34,126 nt of DNA, from IMG/VR virus record IMGVR_UViG_3300025771_000087, positions 1-34,126 of that record; one strand, written 5' to 3'. The stretch comes from a virus (Duplodnaviria > Caudoviricetes). Positions within the stretch are counted from its first letter, which is position 1; each line of letters starts with the position of its first letter. The notes beneath the pieces were generated by a model that saw nothing but the letters and a program-made list of their open reading frames with translations, was not told the DNA's origin and searched no databases. Shown here piece by piece: positions 1-9,545 of this stretch. The position numbers and the translations under genes are program-made.

Positions 1-9
1 TGTGGATAA
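1..9 (-). promoter_or_regulatory. Perfect DnaA-box consensus (TTATCCACA on minus strand), function unknown
   Basis: Bases 1-9 TGTGGATAA are the reverse complement of TTATCCACA; only one copy noticed, so it may be chance. Confidence 0.2.
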
Positions 10-94
10 CCCCGTGTACAAAACCCGAATATTTTCATGCGCGAGATTTTTTGTCAAGTGACGACACACCGTAACTAACCGAAGGAGTGGCGAG

Positions 95-571
95 ATGCCC
101 ATCTCTGGTGCGAAACCGACTGGGAGACCCACGGTCAACCGCAACAAACCCACCTACGAGTGGACAACAGTAGACCCCACCCCATACGACGGGTGGCGTC
201 CCGAACTGCCTGAAACAAGGCAAGTCATGGTTAAAAACGGCGACGTTACCATCGTCCCCATCGAACAGCGAACACGCGACTGGTGGGAGGCCGTCTCGAC
301 CATGCCACACTGCAGACTGTGGTCGAAATCCGACTGGGCATTCGCCCTCGACACCGCCATGGTGCACGCCTCGTCCGTGTACGGTTCAGTCACTGCAGCC
401 TCTGAGCTACGCCAGAGAGAGAAAATACTTGGAACGACCCTCGACGCGAGACGCGACCTGCGTATCCGCTACAGCGAGGACGAGTTCTCACAAACCGCAA
501 CAACCACAACTGCAACCGCGCCGGTCGCTCAAATATCTGAGCGCCGTGCGAGACTGCTAAATGACGCGTGA
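95..571 (+). CDS. terS: Terminase small subunit
   Basis: AAGGAG RBS; directly upstream of and overlapping TerL; ELRQREKILGTT..ARRDLRI resembles actinophage TerS C-terminal motif. Confidence 0.8.
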   Translation: MPISGAKPTGRPTVNRNKPTYEWTTVDPTPYDGWRPELPETRQVMVKNGDVTIVPIEQRTRDWWEAVSTMPHCRLWSKSDWAFALDTAMVHASSVYGSVTAASELRQREKILGTTLDARRDLRIRYSEDEFSQTATTTTATAPVAQISERRARLLNDA

Positions 572-2228
572 GCTGGTCAGGTCTAACTTACATGAACGCG
601 AACGGTCACTGGGCTGGTTAGCCGTCTGGTGGATTGAAACAAACTGCGTTCACGGACCTGGCGACGTACAAGGTGAACGTGTTGTCTTGGATGACGAGTT
701 CGCTGCTTTTATTGTGGATTGTTACGCTCTCGATGAAACCGGTCGCCGACTATACGATTCAGTCTTCTTATCACGTGCCAAAGGTCGCTCTAAGTCTGAG
801 CTGGCCGGTTTCATCGTACTTTTCGAGGCCATGGGTCCTTGCCGGTTCGACCGTTGGGCTGATGGTGGCGAAACGTATGAGTTTCAAGGCCACATTTACA
901 CGTACGCACCAGGCGAACCCATTGGCCATGAAGTCACCGCGCCAGTCATCCGGTGTCTAGCCACAGAAGAAGGTCAGGCTGGTAACACGTACGACAACGT
1001 GCATTACAACCTGACTGAAGGGCCGTTCGCCGAGTACCTACCGAAAGACGCTGCTGGTCTAACCAGGGTGTTCCTGCCTGGTGGTGGCGAAATCCTGCCG
1101 TCCACAGCGTCCAACTCCGCGAAGGACGGTGGTAAAGAGTCGATGGTGGTGTTCGACGAAACCCACCTGTATACTAAGCCTGAACTGAAGCGGATGTACG
1201 CCACAGTGCGACGTAACCTGGCGAAAAGAAAATCCGCTGAGCCTTGGTCACTTGAGACCTCGACCATGTATTTCCCTGGTGAGAACTCGGTCGCTGAGGA
1301 GACTCACGACCTCGCCCGTAAAATCGCTGAGGGTAAGACGAAACGCCAGCGTTTGCTGTTCGACCACCGTGAAGCCAACCCTGATGTAGACTTGACGGAT
1401 GAGAAACAAGTCATCGCTGGGTTGCACGAAGCGTACGGGCCGTTCGCTGAAATCATGGACATCGAACGTATCGTCTCTGAGATTTACGACCCACGGAACG
1501 ACCCTCAAGACTCACGTCGTTACTACTTCAACCAACCGACCAGTTCACGTGATGCGTGGCTTTCAGCGCCTGAGTGGAACTCCTGCTACGACGAGACCCT
1601 CACGGTGGAGAAGGGCGAGGCAATCACTCTAGGGTTTGACGGTTCTAGGCGTCGTTCCCGTGGTGTGGCTGACGCGACCGCTTTGGTCGGTGTGCGAGTG
1701 TCTGACGGTTTCGTATTCGAAATACAGGTATGGGAGCAACCTGATGGACCGGCTGGTGACGACTGGGAAGTCCCAACTGCTGACGTGGACGCTGTTGTTC
1801 GTGCGTGTTTTAGGGATTACAACGTCGTTGGTTTTTACGCGGACCCTGCTAAATGGGAGAGCTATATTGCGAACTGGGAAGCGGAGTTCGGTAAACGCTT
1901 GAAGGTTCGTGCCACCCAACGTCACCCTATCGAGTGGTGGATTGGTGGTAACCGTAACTATTTGATGGTGCGTGCACTTGAACAGTTCCACAGTGCGGTC
2001 GTTGACCGTGAGTTGAAACACGACGGTAGCCGTATCCTGACCAGACACATTTTGAACGCTCGACGTCGTGCAGGTCGTAGCGGTATGCAAATCAACAAGG
2101 AACACCCAGACAGCCCGAACAAGATAGATGGTGCCGTGGCTGCTACTTTGGCTTGGGCTGCGAGACTTGATGCTCTCGCTAAAAACGTGAGTCGAGGTGC
2201 GACGTTCGTACCACGACGTGTTAGATGA
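561..2228 (+). CDS. terL: Terminase large subunit
   Basis: Walker A-like SRAKGRSKS, Walker B VVFDETH, nuclease motifs LGFDGS and KIDGAVA; 555 aa. Confidence 0.95.
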   Translation: MTRELVRSNLHERERSLGWLAVWWIETNCVHGPGDVQGERVVLDDEFAAFIVDCYALDETGRRLYDSVFLSRAKGRSKSELAGFIVLFEAMGPCRFDRWADGGETYEFQGHIYTYAPGEPIGHEVTAPVIRCLATEEGQAGNTYDNVHYNLTEGPFAEYLPKDAAGLTRVFLPGGGEILPSTASNSAKDGGKESMVVFDETHLYTKPELKRMYATVRRNLAKRKSAEPWSLETSTMYFPGENSVAEETHDLARKIAEGKTKRQRLLFDHREANPDVDLTDEKQVIAGLHEAYGPFAEIMDIERIVSEIYDPRNDPQDSRRYYFNQPTSSRDAWLSAPEWNSCYDETLTVEKGEAITLGFDGSRRRSRGVADATALVGVRVSDGFVFEIQVWEQPDGPAGDDWEVPTADVDAVVRACFRDYNVVGFYADPAKWESYIANWEAEFGKRLKVRATQRHPIEWWIGGNRNYLMVRALEQFHSAVVDRELKHDGSRILTRHILNARRRAGRSGMQINKEHPDSPNKIDGAVAATLAWAARLDALAKNVSRGATFVPRRVR

Positions 2229-2235
2229 GGTTTAG

Positions 2236-3573
2236 ATGGCAGACACACACTTAGACGCTGGCCAGCAGGCTCTGTTGAAGAAGCTGAAGGGTCGGCAAGC
2301 GCACTACCAGTTGATGGAACGTTACTACGATGGTGACGCGCCGTTGCCTGAGTCAGCTGAAGGTCAATCACGTGCGTACCGTCGTTTCCAACGCAAATCG
2401 CGGTTGAACTTGGCTCAGTTGTCGGTGGCTGCTGTGCGTGAACGGATGGTCATTGGTGGTTTCCGCACTGGTGCTGAAGATGACGAGAACGGGGACCGCG
2501 AGGCTCGCCGTTTGTGGAAGGCCAACCACCTCGACTATTTGAGTTCTGACTTGCATTCGTTCTTCCTGCGGTTCGGTTCCGCCTACGCCATTGTCGGCTA
2601 CCCTGATAGTTCAGACTTCCCGGTTGTGACGATTGAAGACCCACGCCAGGTTTGTGCGTACACCGACCCGACTATGCCACACGTGGTGGTTGAAGCTATC
2701 AAGGTGTTCTCTGAGGGTGGTACAAACTATTTGTACTGCTACCGGCCCGACTTGATTCAGGTGTTCGTGAAGGACGCTGACGACAACATGTTCGACCCTG
2801 AAGGTTATATGTTGTCGATGGAGATGACCAACACCTTAGGTGAAGTGCCGGTGGTGAAGTTCACTAACGCTGATGAGCGTGGCGAGTACGAACCGTACAT
2901 CGACATCATCGACCGTGTGAACCACATGATTCTGCAACGTCTGATTATCGCCACCACGCAGGCGTTCCGTCAACGAGTGCTGAAGGGTGATTTCCCGACT
3001 CACGACGCTGACGGGAACGAGATTGACTACAACGGTATTTTTGAGTCGTCTGCCGGTTCCCTGTGGATGATTCCTGAGAACGCTGACGTTGAAGAGTTAG
3101 CTCAAGCTGAAATCACTGGTATTTTGCAGGCTGTTCGTGCTGACATTCAGGATTTCGCTGCTGTGACTCGCACGCCGATGCACTATTTCATTCCTGAGGG
3201 TGTGAACGGTTCCGCTGAGGGTGCCCAGTTAGCGCGTGAAGGTTTGGTGTTCAAAGCTGAGGACCGTATCGCCCGTGCGTCTGCTGGGTGGTCTAAGGTG
3301 ATGAGCCTCATTTTCAGGTGGATGGGCGACGATGTGCGTGCCAGTTTGCTTGACCTTGAGCCTCTGTGGAAACCAGCTGAACGGTACTCGTTGGCTGAAC
3401 GTGCCGACGCTAACGTGAAGTTCGCTGATGTGCCGTTCAGGTCTCGCATGTCGTTGATTGCTCAGTTCTCCCCTGCTGAAATCGAGGAGATGGAAGCTGA
3501 GAAGGCTAGCGAGTCGTTGATTGCTCAGGCCGTCTTCATGGGTGAGGAACAGACACCACCGCCAGGACAGTAA
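2236..3573 (+). CDS. Portal protein (SPP1 Gp6-like)
   Basis: Follows TerL; RYYDGD near N-terminus, GEVPVVKFTN, IDRVN, AFRQR motifs typical of actinophage portals; 445 aa. Confidence 0.9.
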   Translation: MADTHLDAGQQALLKKLKGRQAHYQLMERYYDGDAPLPESAEGQSRAYRRFQRKSRLNLAQLSVAAVRERMVIGGFRTGAEDDENGDREARRLWKANHLDYLSSDLHSFFLRFGSAYAIVGYPDSSDFPVVTIEDPRQVCAYTDPTMPHVVVEAIKVFSEGGTNYLYCYRPDLIQVFVKDADDNMFDPEGYMLSMEMTNTLGEVPVVKFTNADERGEYEPYIDIIDRVNHMILQRLIIATTQAFRQRVLKGDFPTHDADGNEIDYNGIFESSAGSLWMIPENADVEELAQAEITGILQAVRADIQDFAAVTRTPMHYFIPEGVNGSAEGAQLAREGLVFKAEDRIARASAGWSKVMSLIFRWMGDDVRASLLDLEPLWKPAERYSLAERADANVKFADVPFRSRMSLIAQFSPAEIEEMEAEKASESLIAQAVFMGEEQTPPPGQ

Positions 3574-3574
3574 C

Positions 3575-5008
3575 ATGACTATCCGCACGGATTTGGCTTT
3601 GGCCAGTGGGAATCTCACCACTCCGTTGATTCGGAACACCGGTAGGGTGGCTGGTGGTTTGTTTTCCACGTTAGGGTCGTGGCGTGACGATGACGTGTTG
3701 CGTTACGTGCAACAGTTGAACCCGGTGTTGGGTGGTGCTAAGAAACAGGCTACCCAGGCGACTATCGCGTTTTACCAAAACATCGCCCGTTTGACTGGTC
3801 AGCCGTTCAACCGACCCGTGATTGCTGCTTCAGATTTGGCCACTAAGACTTTACGCAACAACATCACTAGTGAGACTTTGTTTAGACGTCCGTTCGTGGA
3901 CATGCGTCGTGGTTTGGCTAGTGGTGCGCCAATGACTGATGCTATTCAGGCTGGTGCTCGTCGTGCGAACCAGTTGGCTCAAACTGAGGTACAACTGGCT
4001 AAACGCCAAGTTGGGTACCGGGTACGGCAAGCGAACCAAAACATTGTTGGTTACATCCGCACGTTGACTGGCAGTGAGAACTGTGCTTTGTGTTATGTGG
4101 CTTCAACGCAACGGTACCATAAAGGCGATTTATTGCCGATTCACCCTGGGTGTGACTGCGGTGAGATGCCGTTGTATGGGACTGATGACCCAGGGCAGAT
4201 TATTGACCAGCAACGTCTAGATGCGACACATGAGGCGGTTGAGGCCAGGTTTGGTGAGTACGACCGTTCCGCTAGGTCGATTGATTACCGTAACATCATG
4301 GTTGAGGACCATGGTGAGATGGGGCCGGTGTTGACGTGGAAGAAGCACAACACCGCTAAGCTTGCTGATTTGGGTGAGGATTTGGTGTTGCCAACACCGG
4401 ATTTGACTTTGGGTGAAGATTTGTACGCTGGGCCTGTCCAAACACCGTATACTGTGGTTGTGGAGAGACTAAACAAGTTCCAGAGAAATGCGCTCAAACG
4501 TTACACTGGCAACGGTTTCTTGCCTATGAACGAGTACTTGCGTGGTGGGCGACGCTCTGGCTCGTACGGCGAGGATTTGGTGGACGACGTCAATAAACTT
4601 GAAACTGCGTTCGAGCAGGCCAAGTTGACGCAAGACACGGTGGTTTACCGTAACGTTGGTAAGGATGCGTTTGGATTGGGAGACGTCGGCTTCAAGGACG
4701 CTCCCGACATGTTAAAAAAGTTGGAAGGTCAGACTTTTGTCGAACCGGGTTTTATGTCTACTTCTTCGCTACAGGGTAACGTCGCCACTGGTGCCCAGGT
4801 GAGGATGAAAATAAACGCGCCTGAGGGTACGCCAGCTTTGGACCTTGAAGGGATGGACGAAGCGTTCGGCACCCAACTTGCTTTTGAGGGTGAAAAAGAG
4901 ATATTGTTTGGCCCAGGTACTAGGATGCGTATTGATAAGGTTACGATTATACCGGATGAAAGGTTCTTAGTGGACATTGAACTTACCCTTTTGAAAGCAG
5001 GTGAATGA
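3575..5008 (+). CDS. MuF-like minor head protein fused to C-terminal VIP2-like ADP-ribosyltransferase
   Basis: Between portal and scaffold; CALC..IHPGCDC MuF-type motif; C-terminal RYTG..MNEYLR, VYR, STS, EKE (R-S-E ART signature); start placed at ATG 3575 just after the portal stop. Confidence 0.85.
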   Translation: MTIRTDLALASGNLTTPLIRNTGRVAGGLFSTLGSWRDDDVLRYVQQLNPVLGGAKKQATQATIAFYQNIARLTGQPFNRPVIAASDLATKTLRNNITSETLFRRPFVDMRRGLASGAPMTDAIQAGARRANQLAQTEVQLAKRQVGYRVRQANQNIVGYIRTLTGSENCALCYVASTQRYHKGDLLPIHPGCDCGEMPLYGTDDPGQIIDQQRLDATHEAVEARFGEYDRSARSIDYRNIMVEDHGEMGPVLTWKKHNTAKLADLGEDLVLPTPDLTLGEDLYAGPVQTPYTVVVERLNKFQRNALKRYTGNGFLPMNEYLRGGRRSGSYGEDLVDDVNKLETAFEQAKLTQDTVVYRNVGKDAFGLGDVGFKDAPDMLKKLEGQTFVEPGFMSTSSLQGNVATGAQVRMKINAPEGTPALDLEGMDEAFGTQLAFEGEKEILFGPGTRMRIDKVTIIPDERFLVDIELTLLKAGE

Positions 5009-5118
5009 TGAGTACACTTCAAGACCGCATGGACGACTTCCAACCGCTTATTATCGTTGAACGTGACGGGGTCGAAGTCCAAATCCCCATTGCTGAGTGG
5101 ATGGCTGACCAGCTGTAA
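5005..5118 (+). CDS. 37-aa acidic peptide coupled to the MuF-ART gene (not in ORF track)
   Basis: ATGA overlap with ART stop; translates MMSTLQDRMDDFQPLIIVERDGVEVQIPIAEWMADQL. Confidence 0.55.
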   Translation: MMSTLQDRMDDFQPLIIVERDGVEVQIPIAEWMADQL

Positions 5119-5189
5119 CTAAGTTTCCGCTATAAAACGCGGATTTGCCCGAGACGGGCTTTCCTAATCCGAGATGGAGAGGTACACCA

Positions 5190-5780
5190 ATGTCGCAAGA
5201 CGAAACAACCACAACTGAAAACACTGAGGTGGAAGCTGAGGAGACCGAACCGGTTGAACAGCCTGACCACCTTGAACTGCCCGATGACCACCCCTTGGTC
5301 AAGACTTTGGCTAAACAGCGAGCTGAGCTGAAGGAGCTGAAAAAGTCTTATTCTCAAGCTAATAAGGAGCTGGATGAATACCGACAGTCACAACTCACTG
5401 AGCAGGAACGCTTGGTCGCCAAAACCCAAGAGGAAACCAAAAAGGCCGTTCGCCTAGAGTTCGCCGAGAAACTCGTCGAAGCTGAACTGAAGAACGCATT
5501 GAAGGGTCGTCACCTTGCTGGTGATTCCGTCCTTGAGTTCAACAAAAGCAGTTTCATCGATGATGGTGGCGACATAGACAGCGAGGCTATTGCGACATGG
5601 GTGGAAGCTCATAGCACACAAGCTGAAGCACCGAAACCCGACTTGGGTCAAGGTGCAAGAGGTGTAACTAGCTCGCAGGCGATTATTCGTTCGCGTGATG
5701 AGCTAGCTAACATGTCCCCTGATGAAATCTTGAAGGCCCGTAAAGACGGCCGTCTGGATATGCTGATGGGCAAACTATAG
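5190..5780 (+). CDS. Capsid scaffolding protein
   Basis: GGAGAGG RBS before ATG 5190; acidic N-terminus, coiled coil, PKPDLGQGARG motif; directly before MCP. Confidence 0.85.
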   Translation: MSQDETTTTENTEVEAEETEPVEQPDHLELPDDHPLVKTLAKQRAELKELKKSYSQANKELDEYRQSQLTEQERLVAKTQEETKKAVRLEFAEKLVEAELKNALKGRHLAGDSVLEFNKSSFIDDGGDIDSEAIATWVEAHSTQAEAPKPDLGQGARGVTSSQAIIRSRDELANMSPDEILKARKDGRLDMLMGKL

Positions 5781-5796
5781 ACGAAAGGAGATAGCT

Positions 5797-6609
5797 TTGG
5801 CTATCGACAACTTTATTCCCGAGGTGTGGGCTGCTGGGGTTACCCAGTCGTTCATCTCCAACCAGGTGGTTATCCCCACCTTGAACAACGCCTTCACAGG
5901 CGACGTGGTGCGTGGCTCACAGGTGCACGTCATCAACGCCACCACTCCGACCATCGTTGACTACGCAGCTGCTGGACGTACCATCTCAGCTGAGGCACTC
6001 AACGACACTGAGGTTCTCCTCACCATCGACCAGGAGAAGGCGTTCTCTGTGAACGTTGACGACGTCGACCGTGTGCAGGCATCTTCGGAGTTCGCTCCGT
6101 GGGTTGACTCTGCTGGTCGTGCCCTGGCCGAGGACGCAGAAAACTACCTCGTTGACCTGATGGTTACCGGAGCTACCAACGCTAACACTGGTTCGGTAGT
6201 GGTGGACACTGCTGACGAGGCTAAGGCCGCTGTCCGCGACATCCGCAAGTCCATGGCTCTCGCCAAGGTTCCTGCAGGTGGTCGTTACCTGGTCATCAAC
6301 CCCGACATGACCGACCTGCTCATCCAGGGATTGGACGACGCTTCGACAGCTGGTACCGACTCTGAACTCCGCAACGGAGTGGTTGGTCGTCTCTACGGCT
6401 TCACCGTTTTGGAGTCGCCACTGCTTGAGAGCAGCGGAACCCCGGCGATGGTTGGTTACCACGAGTCCATGGTTGCATTCATCAACCAGGTGCAGTCGCT
6501 TGAGTCCCTCCGTAACCCTACGAAGTTCTCGGATATTGTCCGTGGCTTGAACGTGTACGGAGCCAAGGTCATCAAGTCTGAGGCTGTCGTCAAATACGTA
6601 TCTGCCTAA
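5797..6609 (+). CDS. Major capsid protein (HK97 fold, P22-coat-like family)
   Basis: AAAGGAG RBS, TTG start; FIPEVW, LTIDQEK, GRLYGF, DIVRGLNVYGAKV motifs. Confidence 0.92.
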   Translation: MAIDNFIPEVWAAGVTQSFISNQVVIPTLNNAFTGDVVRGSQVHVINATTPTIVDYAAAGRTISAEALNDTEVLLTIDQEKAFSVNVDDVDRVQASSEFAPWVDSAGRALAEDAENYLVDLMVTGATNANTGSVVVDTADEAKAAVRDIRKSMALAKVPAGGRYLVINPDMTDLLIQGLDDASTAGTDSELRNGVVGRLYGFTVLESPLLESSGTPAMVGYHESMVAFINQVQSLESLRNPTKFSDIVRGLNVYGAKVIKSEAVVKYVSA

Positions 6610-6625
6610 GCAGGTATCCCTTGAA

Positions 6626-6658
6626 GGTGGGGGTCGGCTGAACAAGTCGGCCCTCACC
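6626..6658 (+). terminator. Stem-loop after MCP (terminator or mRNA stabiliser)
   Basis: GGTGGGGGTCGGCT pairs with AGTCGGCCCTCACC (14 bp including G-U pairs); no U-tract. Confidence 0.55.
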
Positions 6659-6689
6659 ACCCTCATGAATAGTTAGGTGTACAGGTCAC

Positions 6690-7295
6690 ATGGCATTAGC
6701 TACAACTGCCGACGTTGAAGCGCGACTAGGTCGCTCACTCACAGCAGGGGAAACCTCGCAGGCTACGGCGTGGCTCAGCGATGCCTCTGCGATGTTTGTG
6801 CAACGAGCTATTCAAAAGTTTGAAGTGGACAGCTCAGTAGTCCGGTTGTTCCCACGCGACGGAGTTGTTCGTCTCGTTCAACGACCAGTCATCGAAATCA
6901 ACTCAGTCACCGATATTGACGGCACTGAGATTGATTACACATATGACGGCCACCAGTCAATCTACGAACTTGGCACTTATTCACCGGTGATTGTGGATTA
7001 CGACCACGGTTCGGCCACCATCCCTGATGATGTGGTGGCTGTGGTAGCTGGTATGGTGGTTCGCACCTTGCTCATCCCTGAAGATGCAGCTGCTGGTGTG
7101 CAACAACAAACAGTCGGCCCGTTCAGTCAAAGCTATGCGAACTGGGCGGTTGGACGGCAGGTTTTGATGAGTCCGTCCGACAAAGAGGTAGCTGACTACT
7201 ACCGAGAAAAGACTTTCCGCTCAGCATCGACATTTGGAAACGGTAACTATGGAGTCTATTACCCGAACCCGACGAAGTTCGACCTCTACCGATAG
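6690..7295 (+). CDS. Head-to-tail adaptor
   Basis: MALATTADVEARLGRSLT N-terminus and QQTVGPFSQSY typical of actinophage adaptors; position after MCP. Confidence 0.8.
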   Translation: MALATTADVEARLGRSLTAGETSQATAWLSDASAMFVQRAIQKFEVDSSVVRLFPRDGVVRLVQRPVIEINSVTDIDGTEIDYTYDGHQSIYELGTYSPVIVDYDHGSATIPDDVVAVVAGMVVRTLLIPEDAAAGVQQQTVGPFSQSYANWAVGRQVLMSPSDKEVADYYREKTFRSASTFGNGNYGVYYPNPTKFDLYR

Positions 7296-7572
7296 TTACG
7301 GCCAACCGGTCTACACTACCACCACTGCTACGCTTCAAGCGTATGTCTCAGTGCGTGTGTCCGGTACCAACTTCGACGCTGACCAAATCGTTATCACTGA
7401 CGGTTTGACTATTTACTTGCCTGCTGACACTGACGTTCAAGACGACGATACTTTCACCATCCGTGGCAAAACTTATGAGATTGATGGTGAAGCGTTTGAG
7501 TGGAAAGAAGGTCTAGGGTCTTGGAACCCTGGTGTTGTGGTGAACCTGCAACGCGAGAAAGACCGTGGGTAG
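7249..7572 (+). CDS. Head-to-tail stopper
   Basis: DSYGQP, TIYLP, IRGKTYEIDGE motifs; synteny; start uncertain (ATG 7249 or TTG 7234). Confidence 0.75.
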   Translation: MESITRTRRSSTSTDSYGQPVYTTTTATLQAYVSVRVSGTNFDADQIVITDGLTIYLPADTDVQDDDTFTIRGKTYEIDGEAFEWKEGLGSWNPGVVVNLQREKDRG

Positions 7573-7873
7573 TAGCAAAATACCCGGTGGTGGCGGTGAA
7601 GTCATACTGAACCGTAAGGGGATGGGTGACCTGTTGAGGTCACAACCTATCGCCAGCATGCTTAGAGCGCGGATGCTCAGGGTGCAAGCTGCCGTCCCAG
7701 GTAGCGAACTCGAAGTTACCACGAAAGGCCGACGTGCCCGTGCCAAAGTAGCACGCGGTTCCGACTTTGACGAGGCTAACACCGGGGATTTGGCCCGTGC
7801 GCTCGACCTGGCTGGTGGCCAACGAGGGTACAAAGTAAAAACGAACAAACCGAGAGCGCGTAGGAGTGGCTGA
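7565..7873 (+). CDS. Neck / tail completion protein
   Basis: Basic 102-aa protein with LNRKGMGDLLRS and LARAL; synteny. Confidence 0.6.
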   Translation: MGSSKIPGGGGEVILNRKGMGDLLRSQPIASMLRARMLRVQAAVPGSELEVTTKGRRARAKVARGSDFDEANTGDLARALDLAGGQRGYKVKTNKPRARRSG

Positions 7874-8256
7874 TGGCTGACGGCGTCATTTTTAGTGACA
7901 TCATGGCTCATCTGGTCAGCCGACTATCCACGGGCCTCACTGCTGAAGGTTTCACCTCGACTAGGGTCGGTGTTCTCGCTGACGACTCAAGTTCGCAGGT
8001 GATTATCCGCCGAGATGGTGGCACACGCCGGTCAAAAACTATCATGACCGATTCGATTGGTGTGAACGTCTATGAGACTTCATACGCAAACGCTGAAAGT
8101 TTGGCACGTACTGTGCTGGCTTTATTCGACGACATGCCTGACGGGAACCCCGTCGTGGATGTCAACGTTGAAAGCTCAGTGCAGGACGTGACCGACCTCA
8201 AAGCTCAACGTAGATTCATGCGTTTAGCTGTAGACCACAGAGGTACCAACCTCTAG
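7873..8256 (+). CDS. Tail terminator protein
   Basis: IRRDGG motif; directly before major tail gene; TGATG coupling. Confidence 0.7.
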   Translation: MADGVIFSDIMAHLVSRLSTGLTAEGFTSTRVGVLADDSSSQVIIRRDGGTRRSKTIMTDSIGVNVYETSYANAESLARTVLALFDDMPDGNPVVDVNVESSVQDVTDLKAQRRFMRLAVDHRGTNL

Positions 8257-8271
8257 GAATAGGAGAAAAAC

Positions 8272-8814
8272 ATGGCTTTAGACTCTGATAACGTAAGAGT
8301 GGCCGTAACCGGTGCGGTTTACGTCGCACCAACTGGAACAGCTGCACCAAGCTACAGTGATGACGCACTGAACGTGGCCTTCACCGACCTTGGGTATGTC
8401 AGCTCTGACGGCATTAGTGAGTCGTTCGACAAGTCCACCACGCAGATTCGTTCGTGGCAGGACGGGTCGTTGGTCCGTGAAATCGTCTCAGAAGGTACAT
8501 ACTCTGTGACGATGACTTTTATCGAGACCAACCAAGACGTGGTTGAGCTTTACTTTGGTGGTTCGCTAACCTCCGGAGCTATCGGCATCGACCCTCGTGC
8601 GACCGGTGGTCGTCAGTCCTTCGTGATTGACGTCATTGATGGCACGAACATCGAACGTACCTACATCGCTGCTGGTGAAATCACCTCAGTTGGTGAGCGC
8701 ACCCTCGCATCCGGTGAAGCTATCGGTTACGAAGTGACCATCACCGCGTACGCTGACGCTACCGAGGTTGTGGCCACGAAGCTGTTCAGCGCGTTCGGTT
8801 CAGTCGAACCGTAA
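8272..8814 (+). CDS. Major tail (tube) protein
   Basis: AGGAG RBS; GAVYVAPTGT, DLGYVSSDG, IRSWQ, GYEVTITAY motifs. Confidence 0.9.
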   Translation: MALDSDNVRVAVTGAVYVAPTGTAAPSYSDDALNVAFTDLGYVSSDGISESFDKSTTQIRSWQDGSLVREIVSEGTYSVTMTFIETNQDVVELYFGGSLTSGAIGIDPRATGGRQSFVIDVIDGTNIERTYIAAGEITSVGERTLASGEAIGYEVTITAYADATEVVATKLFSAFGSVEP

Positions 8815-8820
8815 CAAGTC

Positions 8821-8893
8821 ACTCCCACATTTTACGGCGGTGTTGGGAGTTAGAGGTGGTGGGTGTTTTTGTCTTCTTTTTGCACCCACCACC
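8821..8893 (+). terminator. Tandem stem-loops after major tail gene
   Basis: ACTCCCA/TGGGAGT (8821-8850) and perfect 11-bp GGTGGTGGGTG/CACCCACCACC (8855-8893) around a T-rich loop. Confidence 0.55.
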
Positions 8894-8922
8894 AGCCGTA
8901 ACTTAATGAAGGAGAAAGCCGC

Positions 8923-9153
8923 ATGTCGTACACATTGAAGCACAAAAGCAAAACCATCGAACTACCTGACTTCAACAACATTCCGGTTGGTGTGTTGCGT
9001 AAAGCACGGAACCTGAACGAACAAGAACAAACCTGGTTCATTCTGGAGTCTGTGTTGGACGAGAAAGCGTTAGCTATCCTCGATGAACTGCCCTTGTCTG
9101 AGTTTGCTAAGCACATGAAAGCTTGGACGGGTGGCGTAGCACTGGGGGAATAA
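8923..9153 (+). CDS. Tail assembly chaperone (gpG-like)
   Basis: AAGGAG RBS; between major tail and tape measure; ends at slippery GGGGGAA. Confidence 0.85.
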   Translation: MSYTLKHKSKTIELPDFNNIPVGVLRKARNLNEQEQTWFILESVLDEKALAILDELPLSEFAKHMKAWTGGVALGE

Positions 9154-9545
9154 CGGCGGTCCTCATCCTACGTGAGGACCACAAACCGGCGTTCGTTTAT
9201 GAGTTCAGGCACCGTTTCGGTCTTGGTTTGAAAGACTTAGGTACGACCGTCCCCTGGGATGAAGTGGTCTACCTGGTGGCGGTGTTGCTACGTGACCCAA
9301 CTTCGTGGTTGCAAACCAGTGTGAACAAATGGGACCACCCAATAACTTATGACTGGGCTGCTCAAGTCGCCACCTACGACCTGTTAGCTCAAGTGCATTC
9401 TAAACGTAAACCCAAACCGTACCCACGGCCGTGGAAGAACACAAACAGTACACGCAAGGGCACAGTCCGGAAGGACGCCCGTGAACTTTTGGCCAAAGCT
9501 AAGCAGGGAGAGATGAATTGGCAGAACAAGCCTACGCCTACGTAA
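9123..9545 (+). CDS. Tail assembly chaperone frameshift extension (gpGT C-terminal part)
   Basis: ORF in the -1 frame relative to 8923..9153; KPKPYPRPW motif typical of actinophage gpT. Confidence 0.8.
   Translation: MDGWRSTGGITAVLILREDHKPAFVYEFRHRFGLGLKDLGTTVPWDEVVYLVAVLLRDPTSWLQTSVNKWDHPITYDWAAQVATYDLLAQVHSKRKPKPYPRPWKNTNSTRKGTVRKDARELLAKAKQGEMNWQNKPTPT
9144..9150 (+). other. Programmed -1 frameshift site G GGG GAA
   Basis: CTG GGG GAA TAA at end of chaperone; the -1 frame is open to 9545. Confidence 0.8.

Noticed and set aside
5986-6666. Long minus-strand ORFs (this one, 22808..23365, 29873..30565 and others)
   Set aside because: They lie antisense to well-supported genes, lack RBS and motifs, and are expected shadows of codon bias
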